A stretch of DNA of 64,000 nucleotides, taken from positions 20,772,001-20,836,000 of the forward strand of contig NC_045697.1 in NCBI RefSeq assembly GCF_009834535.1. Direction: 5' to 3'. Below, piece after piece: positions 1 through 12,899 of the stretch; within the stretch, counting starts at the first letter, position 1; every line of letters starts with the position of its first letter. The translations under genes were made by a program, and so were the position numbers. Source of the stretch: Camelus ferus (taxonomy: Eukaryota). The notes under the pieces were generated by a model. It was not told the DNA's origin and did not search any database. It saw only the letters and a program-made list of their open reading frames with translations.

Positions 1-30
1 CTTTCAAGCATAAGAAGAACCACGAAGAAC

Positions 31-522
31 TGTGGAGAGTCTGATATTTTACCCTATTTGAAGGCTGCTAAATTAACTTCCTACAGTTTCCCAGGTGCTG
101 ACAGAAGACATGAGCGTTCTGAATCTGAGACAAAGGACTTTATTACTCACGGCACAATAAAATGCATGAACTTTCAGTTTGCGTTGGGTTCCCTCCACCC
201 TCCCGCAAAATCCCACAGAGATGATGTGGAGGCCGGTACAGGTAAATGCTACATATATAAAGAACCTGTGTCACAGTCAAGGGATGCTGAGCTTAGAAAC
301 CCACCTCTTAAAAGAACTACCGGCAAACAAGTCTAACCATTATCCCAGAAAGAGACATTATCTTTATCATCTGGGTCAGAAACCAAATCTGTCCTTTTCC
401 CCAGAGGGATACCCTGTTTGCACCTTCCAAGACTACTTACTATTTAAACAATCCTGGGAAGATAGTTCAAAACAAAGGCTGACAGGACGTGCAGAAATGC
501 CACAGATCATTGACACGCAACA
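31..522 (-). mobile_element. LTR40-like solo LTR (ERVL)
   Basis: The reverse complement reads TGTTGCGTGTCAATG...ATTTCTGCACGTCC...GCCTTTGTTTTGAACTATCTT and ends ...AGTAATAAAGTCCTTTGTCTCAGA...AGACTCTCCACA. It has TG...CA termini and resembles the recalled LTR40 consensus. Confidence 0.75.
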
Positions 523-1330
523 GGACTCCACTGCACTGTGGTCTTCAAGGGAGCTGCAAACTATGGATGGGATTACAGCCTAATGGGAGGGTCTAAGTAA
601 AAAAAGCCTATCATATGACTGCAACAGCACAATCGTGGTCAACTCTCTAGGTAAATATTCACAGAAATATCCATTTCTTCATTGTGAATTTCTTCTGAAT
701 GACAGGTTGTATCTTATAGGAAGAGCCTGAGTTTATCCCATGCTAGGATCCTAAAAGCCTTCCTAATTTTGGCACCAGGAGGGAACCTGGCAGTAAGCTC
801 TTTCTGGCACACAGGCAAGAACATGTTCTTTGGTCTTCTTATCTCCCCTTACATGCAAGTCTGAGCTGCCTGCAGTAGGATTAGGCAGGTCAGTTTGTTG
901 TAGAAAGTCTTGTGTCAGAATGAGTTATCTATAATCCATTAAGTTACGTTCTCAGGTCTGCTTGTGAGAGCCCCTAGGTGAAAATCTTTAGGTGCCATGA
1001 GATTAACTCTTTCCTTTAAATTTAAGATTAGTTAATTTTAATTGCCTTAGGTACATTGCCCTGGAAGAGAAGGAAGGGAGTATGAGATAGTGTTCAAAAT
1101 TATGCCCACATGGCACAGTATCAATGATTCTCTCTTGCCCACACACTGTTTCCTAGGAAATGTAAAATTCTTTCTGAAGACTTGAGTTAGGGTGGTGGAA
1201 TCTGTATATTCACTTTGCTACACAATGATATGTTTCTAACTCAGAGAACTTCCTTCTTCAGAAAAGCATGTAACAGTAAGAACATTTAAGGACACAGTGC
1301 TTAACAATGAAATGTGCTTCCTGTGTTTAT

Positions 1331-1729
1331 CTATTCATCAAATATCTAATGAGAACCCATAATGTGCCAGAGGAAAGAGTAGTAAATATAATCTGCATGG
1401 TCTCTGAATTCATGGAACTTATCTTTTTGGGAAAGAGTGACCCTCCCAGAGAGACAAATAAGTAAAAACTAAATAAATAAGATAGTTTCTGAGATTGGTA
1501 AGTATAATTAGGGGAGAGAGCACTGGATCAGAAATGAGTTGGGGGCTATTTTCAATTGCATGATGAAAGCAATTATTTTTGAGATATTTAAGTAAAGCAT
1601 GAATAATAAACACAAGCATAGAATTTGGGAATAATGGTAGAGATAATTAAAAAAAGTCCTAAGGTGGGAAGTGGCTGGTCATTGTGGAGGAACAGCAATC
1701 CAGTCGGTGTGGCTACTGTAGAATGAAAG
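1331..1729 (-). mobile_element. L2 LINE 3' fragment
   Basis: ATTCATCAAATATCTAATGAGAACCCATAATGTGCCAG matches the reverse complement of the L2 3' end, followed by degenerate L2 body sequence. Confidence 0.6.
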
Positions 1730-2982
1730 TTTCAGGGACAGTGGTTCACCAAATGAGCATTTTCCCTTCATTTTGTCTCTAAGTTCTAGTCAAAGTGGCT
1801 GACCTTATTGTACAAAAGGCTAAAAACTTATTGCAATTCTAACCACTGAGAAACAGAAAAGTCCCTGACTTCTGGGTGCTGGCTTGGAACTGCCAGCTAG
1901 ACCATGGTGTTGTGATGAGCTGGCCTGACACTCAGTTAGGTATTGGTGCCCACTTGTTGAACACAATTTTACACACAATTTTACACAAGATCAACAACAA
2001 ACTAGGCAACTCTATCATGATGGATCAAGATAAAAATAAGACCTCTCCACTATTATGTGTGATTACAGACAAGTTGACCCAAATCCCCTTATCCCAGTTA
2101 ATTTGAGTGACTGCTGCTTCTTTTCCAGTTACAGCTTTAACTTTTCTTCCTTCTAGGTAAAATTAATTAAGATAGCAAATCACAGAATTACCCCTGCTTC
2201 CCAATGCCCAATCTAATTTAGATCAAAGCTTTAATTCCTTGTATTTCCCCCCAAATCATCTAACACAAGGCAAAATCTAATGATATGTCCTTTTTAGCAT
2301 CCACTTACAGAGATGTTCCACAATTCCCAATAGTTACACTCTTGCAGTCACATTGAACATCATTCAATCCAAGGCAGAGCCCCCATGTCTTCCAAGACAG
2401 CAATCTTGTTCCCTTAGAGACCCATGGCCAGAGCCAAACCAAACATGCAAACAGGCAAGCCCAGCATGAAGTCAGCCCAAGGCCTCAGTATGTCTCACTG
2501 CTCTCCCACAGTCTGCAAGCTTTTTTCACTTTTTGGTCTGAGATTTGGGAGCCTAAGAAGATGTTCTCATCTGAGGCTTAGGGATGGTAGAGGTGGGATC
2601 TTGGCTTCATTGAGAAGCAAGTGCTGCCTGTAAGAATGATTAATAACTTTTATTGAACACATTAAATTATGGGTCTTCCATTATGTAAGAAAATTTAGAT
2701 TCATCTTAAAGATGAGGGAAATTAAAGCTCTCAGAGACTGAAGGCTCAAGATTACACAGCTGGTGAGAGTCTCCTTATGTTGTCTCCTCCATGGAAGCTC
2801 CAACTGATGGAGGATTAAACAGAGCTGAGCAGGGAAGGAGAATACTTTCTGATCGGCAGCACACAGTGGGAAAGAAACCCTAAGCATGAGTCTGCCCTCC
2901 CATATGTGCAATAAGTAATAAACCCCAAATGTTCAACTGTAGGTGTATTCCCAGTGGCCTTTGACTGCATGGTATTTATACA
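1730..2982 (+). mobile_element. Old ERV1-group LTR (MER90/MER110-like), split by an insertion at about 2347-2906
   Basis: Body motifs ATCATGATGGATCAAGATAAAAATAAGACC and GAGTGACTGCTGCTTCTTTTCCAGTTACAGCTTTA are present. The terminal part GCAATAAGTAATAAACCCCAAATGTTCAACTGTAGGTGTATTCC...ACA resumes at 2907-2982. The exact family name is uncertain. Confidence 0.6.
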
Positions 2983-4624
2983 ACTATAATCATTTTTTAC
3001 ATCTACTATAAACCTAAGAGTAGCACAAGGATTTTATTTTCTGATGTGCCTTCTTGATAAGACATATTTTAAATTATTTTTGCAATTTGTACCTGGGGAT
3101 GGAGAGGAGAGGAGAAACATTTCCAGATTGACAACTGTTCTTTATGCTCATTTAATATTAATATTACTACAAATTAAAGTTATTATGTCCTGAGCACATT
3201 ATTAAAGAAGCCAAACTTCTTGCAGATGATGTAAATGAATTATAAAATATCTATGTAGAAAAAAGTTTATTGAGGAAAGTTAAAGATAATTTTTTCTCAA
3301 GAGTAACATTTCCAAGAACCCTAATTTGGGTATAATTACCAATTAGCCTACAAGAACATAATAACGGTGTAAGGTATGGAAATTGCCTCAGAATTACAGG
3401 GAATTGGCAGTTCATGCTTATTATATAGGGTGCTTGGTGAAATGTACTCATGCCAAATGACTTGAATTAGAATTTTGAGAGCAAAGAATAGTTGAAACAT
3501 ATTTACTTATTGAAAAAGAGAGAGAGAAAGAGAGTGAGAAAGACCTAAAGTTACCCAAATATTAAATGCTTGGAAAAATGTGACTTAGTTTCAAATAAAG
3601 TTCAACATGACTTCTTTAATACCAAGCAATATTGAAAACCTGGAAGAGCCTTGAGTGTTATCTGGGAAAGAAAAATCCATTAATGCAGTTGGAGCTAAAA
3701 TACATAGGTTATAGAAATGGGGTGCTGTCTCACATTAGATTTGTTTCTCCAAGGATAGAGAGGTTTCCATTCCCAGGTGAATGACTGGTCAAGAATAAAG
3801 TGTGTAAAATTAAAAGTACATAAATTTTTTAACAATAAGTGAATGGCCACAACTTAGGGTTAGGATTTAATACCTGGTAACTATCAATATTTGAGTTCTG
3901 TTCAACATAAATATAGGCACATATACTAAACTTTTAGTTGGCAGAAAGTGACATCTGTCAGACTTAGATACTATGGATCAAACAGGTTGTATAATTTGGC
4001 CAAAATATCATGATAAAAAAATTTATTTTATAAGGAAATGTTTGGTTTAAAAAAGTAGTATGTCTGTTTTTTTTTTTTTTTTTTTTAAGACATATCCAGT
4101 TCTGGAAGTACTAGAGAATGAATTAGGCAGCTGCCTGGGGCCATTTATTCTCAACTTGAATGAAGGACCTAAAAATAAAAATGTCTCCTGCCATATCATT
4201 TTTCTCCCCAAAAGTTAAAAAGAAGAGAAATGCATCAAGAAAAGTCATTTTGTCTTATTAAAGATGAGGCTCAAACTTGGGAACCAGCCCTCAAATGACT
4301 CCCAGTCAGAAGTATCAGACTTTTATTTTCATTATTAACCATGATCCAAAAGCCCATATAAAATTTGCCAATCTTTAATCCCTACTGGTTCTTCTTTTAA
4401 CAAAGAGATTTTTCAGATATTTTTCTATGTGTGTCAATACCATTTCATTCCTTCCACCTGACTTGTCTTGAAATCCTTGGTCTTGTCCATTTTGTGAAAG
4501 AAAAACTAATGGGCTGCATATTTGAACACATATCTGGATTTGCCTGGATGCATATTTAGAGAAAAGGAGTCAGTTTAACAGACTTCATGGTAACCAAACA
4601 TGGAAAAACAGACTATATCAAGGT

Positions 4625-4688
4625 TTGCATGAATGTATGTGTGTATGGACCGATGTGTGTGCGTGTGTGTGTGCGTGTGCGTGTGTGC
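4625..4688. repeat. Imperfect (TG)n/(TGCG) microsatellite
   Basis: Read directly from the sequence. Confidence 0.85.
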
Positions 4689-5359
4689 ATTTCAGAAGTA
4701 AGAGGGTGATGAGCCATACAGGCAAGACTTCTAGTAAAAAAATTGGAGATTTCAGAGCACATTTCAGAAAATGCATAAACTTTCAAAATATAGCATTATC
4801 ATCAGAATAAATATGAAACTTTTATTTCACATCAGAAATGTTATTAGAGATTTTTAAGTACATGTTTACATTTCAAAATTTCAAAAATTGAAAGTTTTGA
4901 AATTTTTTCTGGTAATAGAAAGTTGTACACTTCAGGTATCCAGAGCCAAAGGACTATAAAGAAATTAGACATAATAATTCTACTTCTCAATAAATATTCA
5001 TGGAACACCTATAATGTGCTAGGCATTACTCTGTGTATTCCTGGTACAGCAGGGTACCCACAGCAATGCTTTGTAACAGGCCGAAATGATAATTAAATTA
5101 AAAATATTGAGAACAGAACTGACTGTGTACCTATATGTGTATGTGTGTACTGAGAGAGACAGAGACAGAATGAGGGAGAGGTATATTTAAGGAACAGGGA
5201 TATAGGAATGCATATATTAGAAGTGAAAAGTAAGAAATAAGATTATATCTATATCACAATATTTATTGTGATGAATCTGCATACTCTCAAACAAAAGTAA
5301 ATATATTTTTCCAAGAAAATATACATATGCGTATAATGTGAAAAAATGCAACATTAGCT

Positions 5360-5886
5360 TCCGGTATAACTTTCAATAATCTCTGCCTCCTGATATTCAC
5401 ACTTTTGTGTAATCCATTCTCCTCATGTGGGCTGAATCTAGTGCTTGTAATGAATAGCATATGGTGGAAGTGATGAGATGTCACTTCTGTGATTAGATTA
5501 TAAAGAAGTGGACTTTCATCCTGCTGGCATTCTTTCTTTATCACCATTTCAGCTGGCACACTTTCCTAAAGCCAACTTCTATGTTGAAGAGGCCAACCTG
5601 GAAAGAAATGGAGCATGGACTCCAGCCAGTGAGGACCTGAGGCCTTTAGTCCAACGGTTCTTGAGGAACTGAGTCTTGACAGCCACCATGGAAGTAGACT
5701 TAGACACAGATCCTTCCCGAGTCAAGACTTCAGATGAGGCTGGAAACCTTGATTGCAGACTTTAAAGAGACTGTGAAGCAGAAAACTAAGGTGTACTTGG
5801 ATTGACCCTCAGAAACTCTGAGGTAGTGAATATTGATTGTTTGAAGCCACTAAATTTTAGCTATGCATCAAGAGTTAACTAACACA
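5360..5886 (+). mobile_element. MLT1F-like MaLR LTR
   Basis: CTGCCTCCTGATATTCACAC...GTGATGAGATGTCACTTCTGTGATTAG...TTGTTTGAAGCCACTAAATTTTAG...AACTAACACA. Confidence 0.8.
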
Positions 5887-6118
5887 AATGCTATAAAATA
5901 TAGACATATATATCTAAAGATACACTGCAGGAGGAGGGAAATGGGACTCCATATATCAGATAAAGGGAAAATATATCTTTTAAGATACAAAAGAAGAGAC
6001 TCAGGACCAAAAAACAGTTGACAAAAAAGTAAAATGAATGATTAGTTTAATGTGTTTGTGTCTTCTATAAATACAAATTCTGAAATGGTAATATTCTGGG
6101 GAGAGAATGTGTGTGGTG

Positions 6119-6517
6119 GGTATATTAGAATGCTGGGGCTCCCAAATCAAATTACCACAGACTGGGTGTCTTAAATAAGAGACATTTACTTTCTCACGGT
6201 TTTGGAGGCTAGCGTCCAAGATCAAAGTGCACTCAGGGCTGGTTTCTAGTAAAGACTTTCTGGTTCATAGATGGTTGCTTTCTCACTATGCCCTCAAATG
6301 GCTTTTTCACTGTGAGCACTCACAGAAAGAAAGAGCTCTGGTGCCTTTTTCTCTTCTTATAAGAACACTATCTTAATTGGATTAGTGTTTCCCTCACCAT
6401 TTTCACCTCATCTAACCATAATTAGCTTCTTAAAAGCTCTGTTTCCAAATATAGTCATATTGGAGATTAGGGCTTCAACATGTGAATTTTAGGGGGACAC
6501 AAATTCTGTCCATAAGA
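6119..6517 (-). mobile_element. MLT1A-like MaLR LTR
   Basis: TACCACAGACTGGGTGTCTTAAA...TTCTCACGGTTTTGGAGGCTAG...TTAGGGCTTCAACATGTGAATTTTAGGGGGACACAAATTC. Confidence 0.85.
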
Positions 6518-9013
6518 GTGGATCATTTTGTTTTCCCCACCTTTTTTTTGGAAAAATATTGTATATTATGAAGCTTTGTTCTTCAGGGAACAAAGATCTG
6601 TCTGTATAAACAAATACTTATAAACAAAACATTCAGAAATCATGTCAAGTATAGCAACATGCATTTGCAGCAACTGAAAAACACTACAAGACTTTTCATG
6701 TTTAGCCATCACTCTCAACAACTTTCAAATCTTTTCTTGTACAATTCACCATTAGGCAAACTCTACAATTCAATAGCCATTTTACTAATTTTTCCATGTC
6801 TTAGAAAAAGAGAAAATAATTTAAAGACAGTTGTCTATATTTGTTTTCTGATTATGCTTCAGCTAAAATTCTCAGTACTAACAGGTTTTTACATCTTAGA
6901 CCTTTTATTTTCTAACTATGGAACAAAATGTTTCTATTTTAGGGAACTTCCAACCATCCAAAAAAAGATTATTTTTTTTAACCTACAAATCTATAAATGA
7001 GTGTGGACAATGTGGGTTTAGGAAACCCACCTGGGATTCCTAAATTAAACCTAATTTGCTCAGCATAGATAGTGTGAAAAATTGTTAGGGGCTCCATCCT
7101 ATGGCCTATAATTATTAGAGGTCATTTTGGAATTTTCTCACAAAATGTCACTGACTTTATTTTCCCACTTCCTTCCTCATGTGAGAGCAGGCCAGTCCCA
7201 CTTCTTGCGCTGCAAATGCCCAGCCACCTCTAGGCATCTTATTACATAGTTGACATCTTCATCAATATTTAATAATATTTTGTACCACGATTTTTCATAT
7301 TTGGACATCCAAAAAGGATTCCCAAGACTTGTATTTTATTTTAAGTACGATCTGACAAGTGAGGGGCATTGGCACTGTTCCCTTTGCTAACAGAAGCCAT
7401 TATAGACATTTCAACTTCCTTTCTTACAGTCATGATATTTCTTAACAACAGACAACATCCTGATACCAGTGACTACAGACCTAAAACTGAGTAAAATTTA
7501 ACAAAATAAGAAAAGTCTAATTCTGATTCTAAAATAAAATTACCTACTTCCTTAAATATAGGGCAATGAGAAAATGACATTATTTTAAGGAAAAAAATTC
7601 TGTACTGGAGTTCACATTGAAATGCACATCTCAACAATATTCAGTGAGAAAGAATGCACACTGAGTACTACTTCTGGAATGTAAAACTGAAGGTCATATA
7701 GAGAGAGAAAGATTTAGGTAGGTATTTTTATAAAAGGGAATACACTTCATAATTATTGCCTTGTTTAAGCAATAATTTATGAGTTGAGTATAGGAAAAAT
7801 ATATGTATGTTAATTCAAAATGTACTATAATTTAACACAAGCAGAATTATTTAGGATTTACACTGAACAAAATCACCAATAGGTGGTGCTGCTGTGATTG
7901 AATTTGATTAAACTTCATGTAAATCTGACCCTAGAGTTTCCTTTTTTTAGTTTCCTACATCCCTCTATCTCACAGTCTACTTAGCAACTGTTCAATAGTG
8001 AGCTGGTGATAAAACGTCACTGAGGATAAAATGCTTTTAAGTATTTGGTAAGCACTTTCTATCACCATCATTTAAAAAGATGAGAAATAAGTCAGAGATC
8101 ATAGCTATAAAAAATAGCCTGCTTGAGGTGGTACTTATCTGATAAATGAATACACAAGAGTTTGACTCAAATGGAGGTTATGAATTTTGCATAAAGCCCT
8201 TCATCAAGGTTGAATTACATAATGTCTCAGTTAACTGCCTATCTATGTGACATTCCTTGTCAAGCATTATTTTTCTTTGTCAGACTAAACATTTGATTTG
8301 TAAGATATAAAGTGAATTTCACTGACAGTAAAAAAAAAGCATGCTTGCAATTTGCAATTAAACGTGAGTGATAAGACACGTGAATGCATGATACATTACT
8401 ATAAAAAAGCTATGACTTTGGCCATGTGATATTTATGGTAAAACATCAGAACTATTAAGGGTTCCTTTGACTTTGTTTTAAAAACATTTAATTAGAAACA
8501 GATTTTAAAATGAATTCAGTTAGTCAATATCAGAATTATTATGATAAAGTTTGATACTTGCAATGACTTGTCAAAAGAGAAATCACTTCTCAAAATTAAA
8601 TGTTAATAACAAAACTTTAATTTGACATTTATATGATAGGTTGAAAGTGCACTTATTTAAAACTCTGCTGGATTGTTAAAAAATTAACTACCAAGCCAGC
8701 TCAAGACAGATATTCCAAAGATGAATTGTTTTAATTATTGCTTTCCTTCTTTGAATAAATTCATACACAGAAATTAAAATTTCCTTAGCCAGTAAAAATG
8801 GGATTTTTAAAGTATAAATCATAAGTTTTCTCAGTAGGATTTGATCTCCTAGACTTCTCAACTTCGCCTATTTTCCCTCTTTCTCTTAAACACATCGTAG
8901 CCACTCTGCCATAGAACATCATGGATTACTGTAAATTTGTGCTGCTAAAAATAAAATTTCTTTAAAATAAAGGATTATTTACACAACACATTTCCTTACA
9001 GAAAAATATTAAA

Positions 9014-9407
9014 TGTTATGGATTGAATTGTTCTCCCCTTAATTCATACATTGATGTCCTAACCCCCAGTACCTCAGAATGTATAAGGTCTTTATAGAGG
9101 TAACCAAGCTAAAATTAGGTCATTAGGGTGGGCCTCTTATCCATATGACTAGTGCCTTTATCAAAAGGGGAAATTTAGAGACAGACAGACTTGGAATACA
9201 GATTTGAAGGGGACAGAGAAGCCAGCCATCTAGAAACCAAACAGAGAAATCAAAACATTCCCCTTCCTCACAGACTTCAGAAGGAACCAACTCTACCTGT
9301 AACTTGATGTGGGACTCCTAGCCTGCAGAACTGTGAGACCACACATTTTTGTTGTTTAAGTCATTGAGTTTGTGGTACTTTGTTTGCAGTCCTAGCAAAC
9401 TAATACA
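9014..9407 (+). mobile_element. MLT1B-like MaLR solo LTR with 5-bp TSD
   Basis: TGTTATGGATTGAATTG...CTAGCAAACTAATACA, flanked by an exact TTAAA duplication (9009-9013 and 9408-9412). Confidence 0.9.
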
Positions 9408-11031
9408 TTAAAATTATTTACCATTTATGACATTTGTGAAAACCTTGAATCTTTATGTTATGATTCAAACAAGTTTACAATGTCAGGGAAAATTCTATTT
9501 CAGAAAATAAAATTTCTGGTGTAATTTCAGTTCTAGTTTGTCCATCATTTTCTCATATTTTTCTACAGTAAAATGGTATGCAAACCTACTCTATAGGTTT
9601 TCTATTTAATTAGAAGATGATTTTTGGATTAATTTAGACCAAATTTTTCTACTCTTATGACACTTCAACAACAACAGAAATAATCATAATCACAACCACA
9701 CCACAGACACATACACACACAGACCCTATGTAATTGGAGCAAGGGCATTCATCCTCATCTTCAGGGTGGTCGTCAGACAACATCTAAGGTAGTCTAAACT
9801 CATACAAGTTCTGTATTTCAGATATTATTCACAAAAATAGTAGAAGTAGTCAGGTATATTAAATGAAGAGTCATCAGATAATGTAGGGCAAATGTAGACA
9901 TGATCATCTTTGTTTTGTTTTATAAAAATAAGTTGAAGGAGCCATACTGCTAAGAAAGATGGTAAGGTCGGTAGATAAAAATAACCCACAGCCTCTTCAG
10001 GGTTAAACTGTGTCAAGCCTGTATAAAGTTCTCAGCTGTCAAGGTAAGCCTCTTGGGAACTTGCAGTTCTCACTCTGGAGAGCTGAATACAGTCTGGAAC
10101 TTGGAGCCTCTAATGTAAAATCAATGTGAAAAATACATACTCATATATTTTAAAGGGTAGGAAGAGGAAAAAAAAAAAGACTTTTGGTGACAATTATAAT
10201 TCTGCTAGAAAGACTCTATTCTAATTTATTTCTTTAATTCTTGCTCCATTTTTAAAAAATTCTAAATAGATTGTTGGTATAGTATAAGAATTGAACTGCT
10301 TTATTGCATTCTCTTAGTTATGTGTTATAATTTAAAGCACTCAAAATATTTACAAAACCCGTACATTTTCTAAATTGTTTGGTATGAATGTGTGACACTG
10401 GGAATTCTGTTTAAACATACCCCCTCCCCCCAAAAAAACTTAAACAGAAAGTGCCCTTCCTTTAAGACAGAATGTGATATATATGGGAGAAAGATGAGGC
10501 ATGGAATGAACAAACCCAAATTCAACAAGAAATAGAAATGTTGAAAACAAGAGTTTTAATGATATTGCCAATGGCAGTTTCAGGGCAAGGTTGCTTCTGA
10601 ATTAGGATGTCAATATTTCTGGAAACTCCCTAACCAGAGCAGAAAGGAACAACCATGATAGCATTCTAATTTAAAATTTTAATCATGTCAACAACAGCTT
10701 AAACAATTGCTAAGATTCTGCTCCATGTAGCTTCACCAGCTTTCCCTTAATTTCCACTCCAATGCCGTCTCTTCCTACTATTTTTTACTATTCTATTTCC
10801 AGATCCACTAAACTTATTACTTTGCCCCAAGTGTAATATTTTTGTGCCTCTGTAACTTTTAAAATATTATTTCTTTTAGGTATTATCTTTCATCTGTCTA
10901 AATGAAAAACTGAGTCAAATATCTACAGAGCCTTTATCAAAAACAAAACAAACAAACAAAGAAAACAGCCATTCCAAATTCTGTGCTGTCAGGTCACGTT
11001 GAACGTTATCTGCCCATATGGTTAAGGTTGA

Positions 11032-11380
11032 CGTCCAAGTCAGTTTGCTTAGAAACAGAGCCAGAGGTTATAGATGACTGTTAGATAGGTGATTTGTTAA
11101 GGAAGTGTATTTTGGACAAAACTGTAAAAAAGTTTGTGAAACAAGATAGGATGGGGAAAGAAGCTAGGCAAAGAGGTGTTTTCAAGGATAGCCCAGAGAT
11201 CCCAGAGGCAGCTCTGGCCCGTGAGTTGTGTTATGGTGTTTGTATCCCCCGAGGCATGGCCATTTGCCTTTATACCAGTGATTGGTGCAATTCCCAGGCA
11301 TCTTTCTAGAGAGCTGTCCCCATTAGTTAAAGGACAATTCTCCAGGAAAGCATGGAAATGAGATGGGGGTCTTTAGCAGC
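11032..11380 (-). mobile_element. LTR33/LTR16-like ERVL LTR fragment
   Basis: GTCCAAGTCAGTTTGCTTAGAAACAGAGCCAGAG...GTGATTTGTTAAGGAAGTG...GGGAAAGAAGCTAGGCAAAG resembles the reverse complement of the LTR33/16 3' end. Confidence 0.55.
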
Positions 11381-11470
11381 ATTCGTTCAGATGTAGATGA
11401 TGTTTGACAGTAGTGATGGAGAAAAACAGGAAGAATCAGATATATTTTCCATGTAGAAATAATACTTTTG

Positions 11471-11615
11471 TGGTGTGGGAGGGTATAGCTCAAGTGGTAG
11501 AGCACATGCTTAGCATGCACAAGGTCGTGGGTTCAACCCTAGTACTTCCTCCAAATATAAACAAATAAACAAACAAACAAACAAACCTAATTACCTTCCC
11601 CTCATTAAAAAAAGG
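11471..11615 (+). mobile_element. tRNA-derived SINE, camelid Vic-1 type
   Basis: GGGAGGGTATAGCTCAAGTGGTAGAGCACATGCTTAGCATGCACAAGGTCGTGGGTTCAACCC carries pol III A and B boxes, then an (AAAC)n stretch and CCTAATTACCTTCCC. 15-bp TSD: GAAATAATACTTTTG (11456-11470) / GAAGTAATACTTTTG (11616-11630). Confidence 0.9.
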
Positions 11616-11699
11616 GAAGTAATACTTTTGCAAATGTATTGCATATAGAGTATAAAGAATCAAAGCTGAAAATTAGTTTATGTCTTGAGCTGTTAGAAT

Positions 11700-12430
11700 A
11701 GTGTTTTGTTTTTTTTTTAAACTAAAATGAGTTGGATTGCAGCAGATTTTGAAGCATAAAATCAAGTCTTCCAATTTAGGCATACATTTTGAAATCCCTT
11801 CTCGATAAGCAAATTAATATTTTAAGTGAGGAACTGGGCATAGAATTCATGAACTCAAAGAAGAGATGTGAGTTAGGGAGTCTTCAACATAGACATGATA
11901 CATGAAACTATGGAAACAGATTGGACCACTTGGAAAATCATTGGTTGGAGCAGAGGACCAATACTGATTCTTAAGATATTTCAATATTTGGAGCTCAGGT
12001 AGAGCAGGGAGAGCAAACAAATGGAACTGAAAAGGACTGACCATAGACCTAGGGAATAATCCTGGTGAGTATGGTGTCAATGAAGCCAAAACAGGTTTTT
12101 CAGAGAAGTTATGTAATGATCTTGAGAGACTGAATAAACTGGGAACAGAGAGTGTCCTTTGCACTAGTCAGATGAATGCTGTTGGAAATCTTGCAAAGAA
12201 TATTTTCAGGGCATTGGTGTTACAGAAACCTCAGTGGGAGTACTTACATAGTTAAGAGAAGGGAAGGAAGTAGGGACCGAAAGTGAATAGAACTGAAAAA
12301 CTTTTTCCCTGTAGGGCAGAAAAAGGATGAGGGAACTTATGGAAGATGAAATAAAGGTCAAAAAGATGAAAGGTATGAACAGTCAATGAAGTTCTGTTAT
12401 TTTGTTATAATGGAAAGCACTAGATGATGA
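11700..12430 (-). mobile_element. L2 LINE fragment
   Basis: Purine-rich degenerate L2 body, e.g. ATGGTGTCAATGAAGCCAAAACAGG and GGAAGTAGGGACCG. Confidence 0.65.
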
Positions 12431-12899
12431 TGAAACACTGGTAGGAAAAATATCAATTGATTGATCAAATCCGTCTTTCCTTTTAGGATTTCTTAATTTT
12501 AAACATAGGTATTCTCCGAAGTTAAACTGCGTATAAAGTTTACCTATGCTTAATTCTATTTTCATTATGCTTTTATGTGCATCTCTGTCTTTCAATATTA
12601 ATTAAATACTTCAGCTTTCCCTGACTAATTTAGAAGGCAATTTCAGCACATTAAATGTTTACTGTACTTTTCTTCTGAATCTGATCTTTATATTATTTTA
12701 TTCTGTTTCTTTCTTGATGCTGAAGTTCTTTATTACTGTTGTTTCATTAAAATATTAATATCTAATAGTGCAAGTCACTTGATACTTTCCTTTTTATTAA
12801 AATTACATCATCTATTTATTTTCCCTTATGAACATTACACATTTTTTGCAAAGCATGCTGAAATAAATCCTATTGTGAAATAGCAAAATAGGAATCTTC

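Noticed and set aside
58..583. Overlapping 92 aa and 134 aa ORFs
   Set aside because: They lie antisense within an LTR40-like element, start at non-ATG codons and show no recognisable domain.
810..865. p53-like half-sites (GAACATGTTC and ATGCAAGTCT)
   Set aside because: Only one perfect half-site, with no properly spaced full element; expected by chance.
2140..2162. Other AG|GT juxtapositions (here, and near 35720 minus, 43155 and 58890)
   Set aside because: Weaker donors or short pyrimidine tracts compared with the site at 36181; this one lies inside an LTR.
11477..11552. tRNA-like sequence as a real tRNA gene
   Set aside because: It is the head of a SINE: followed by a SINE tail, flanked by a TSD, with a second copy at 31.8 kb.
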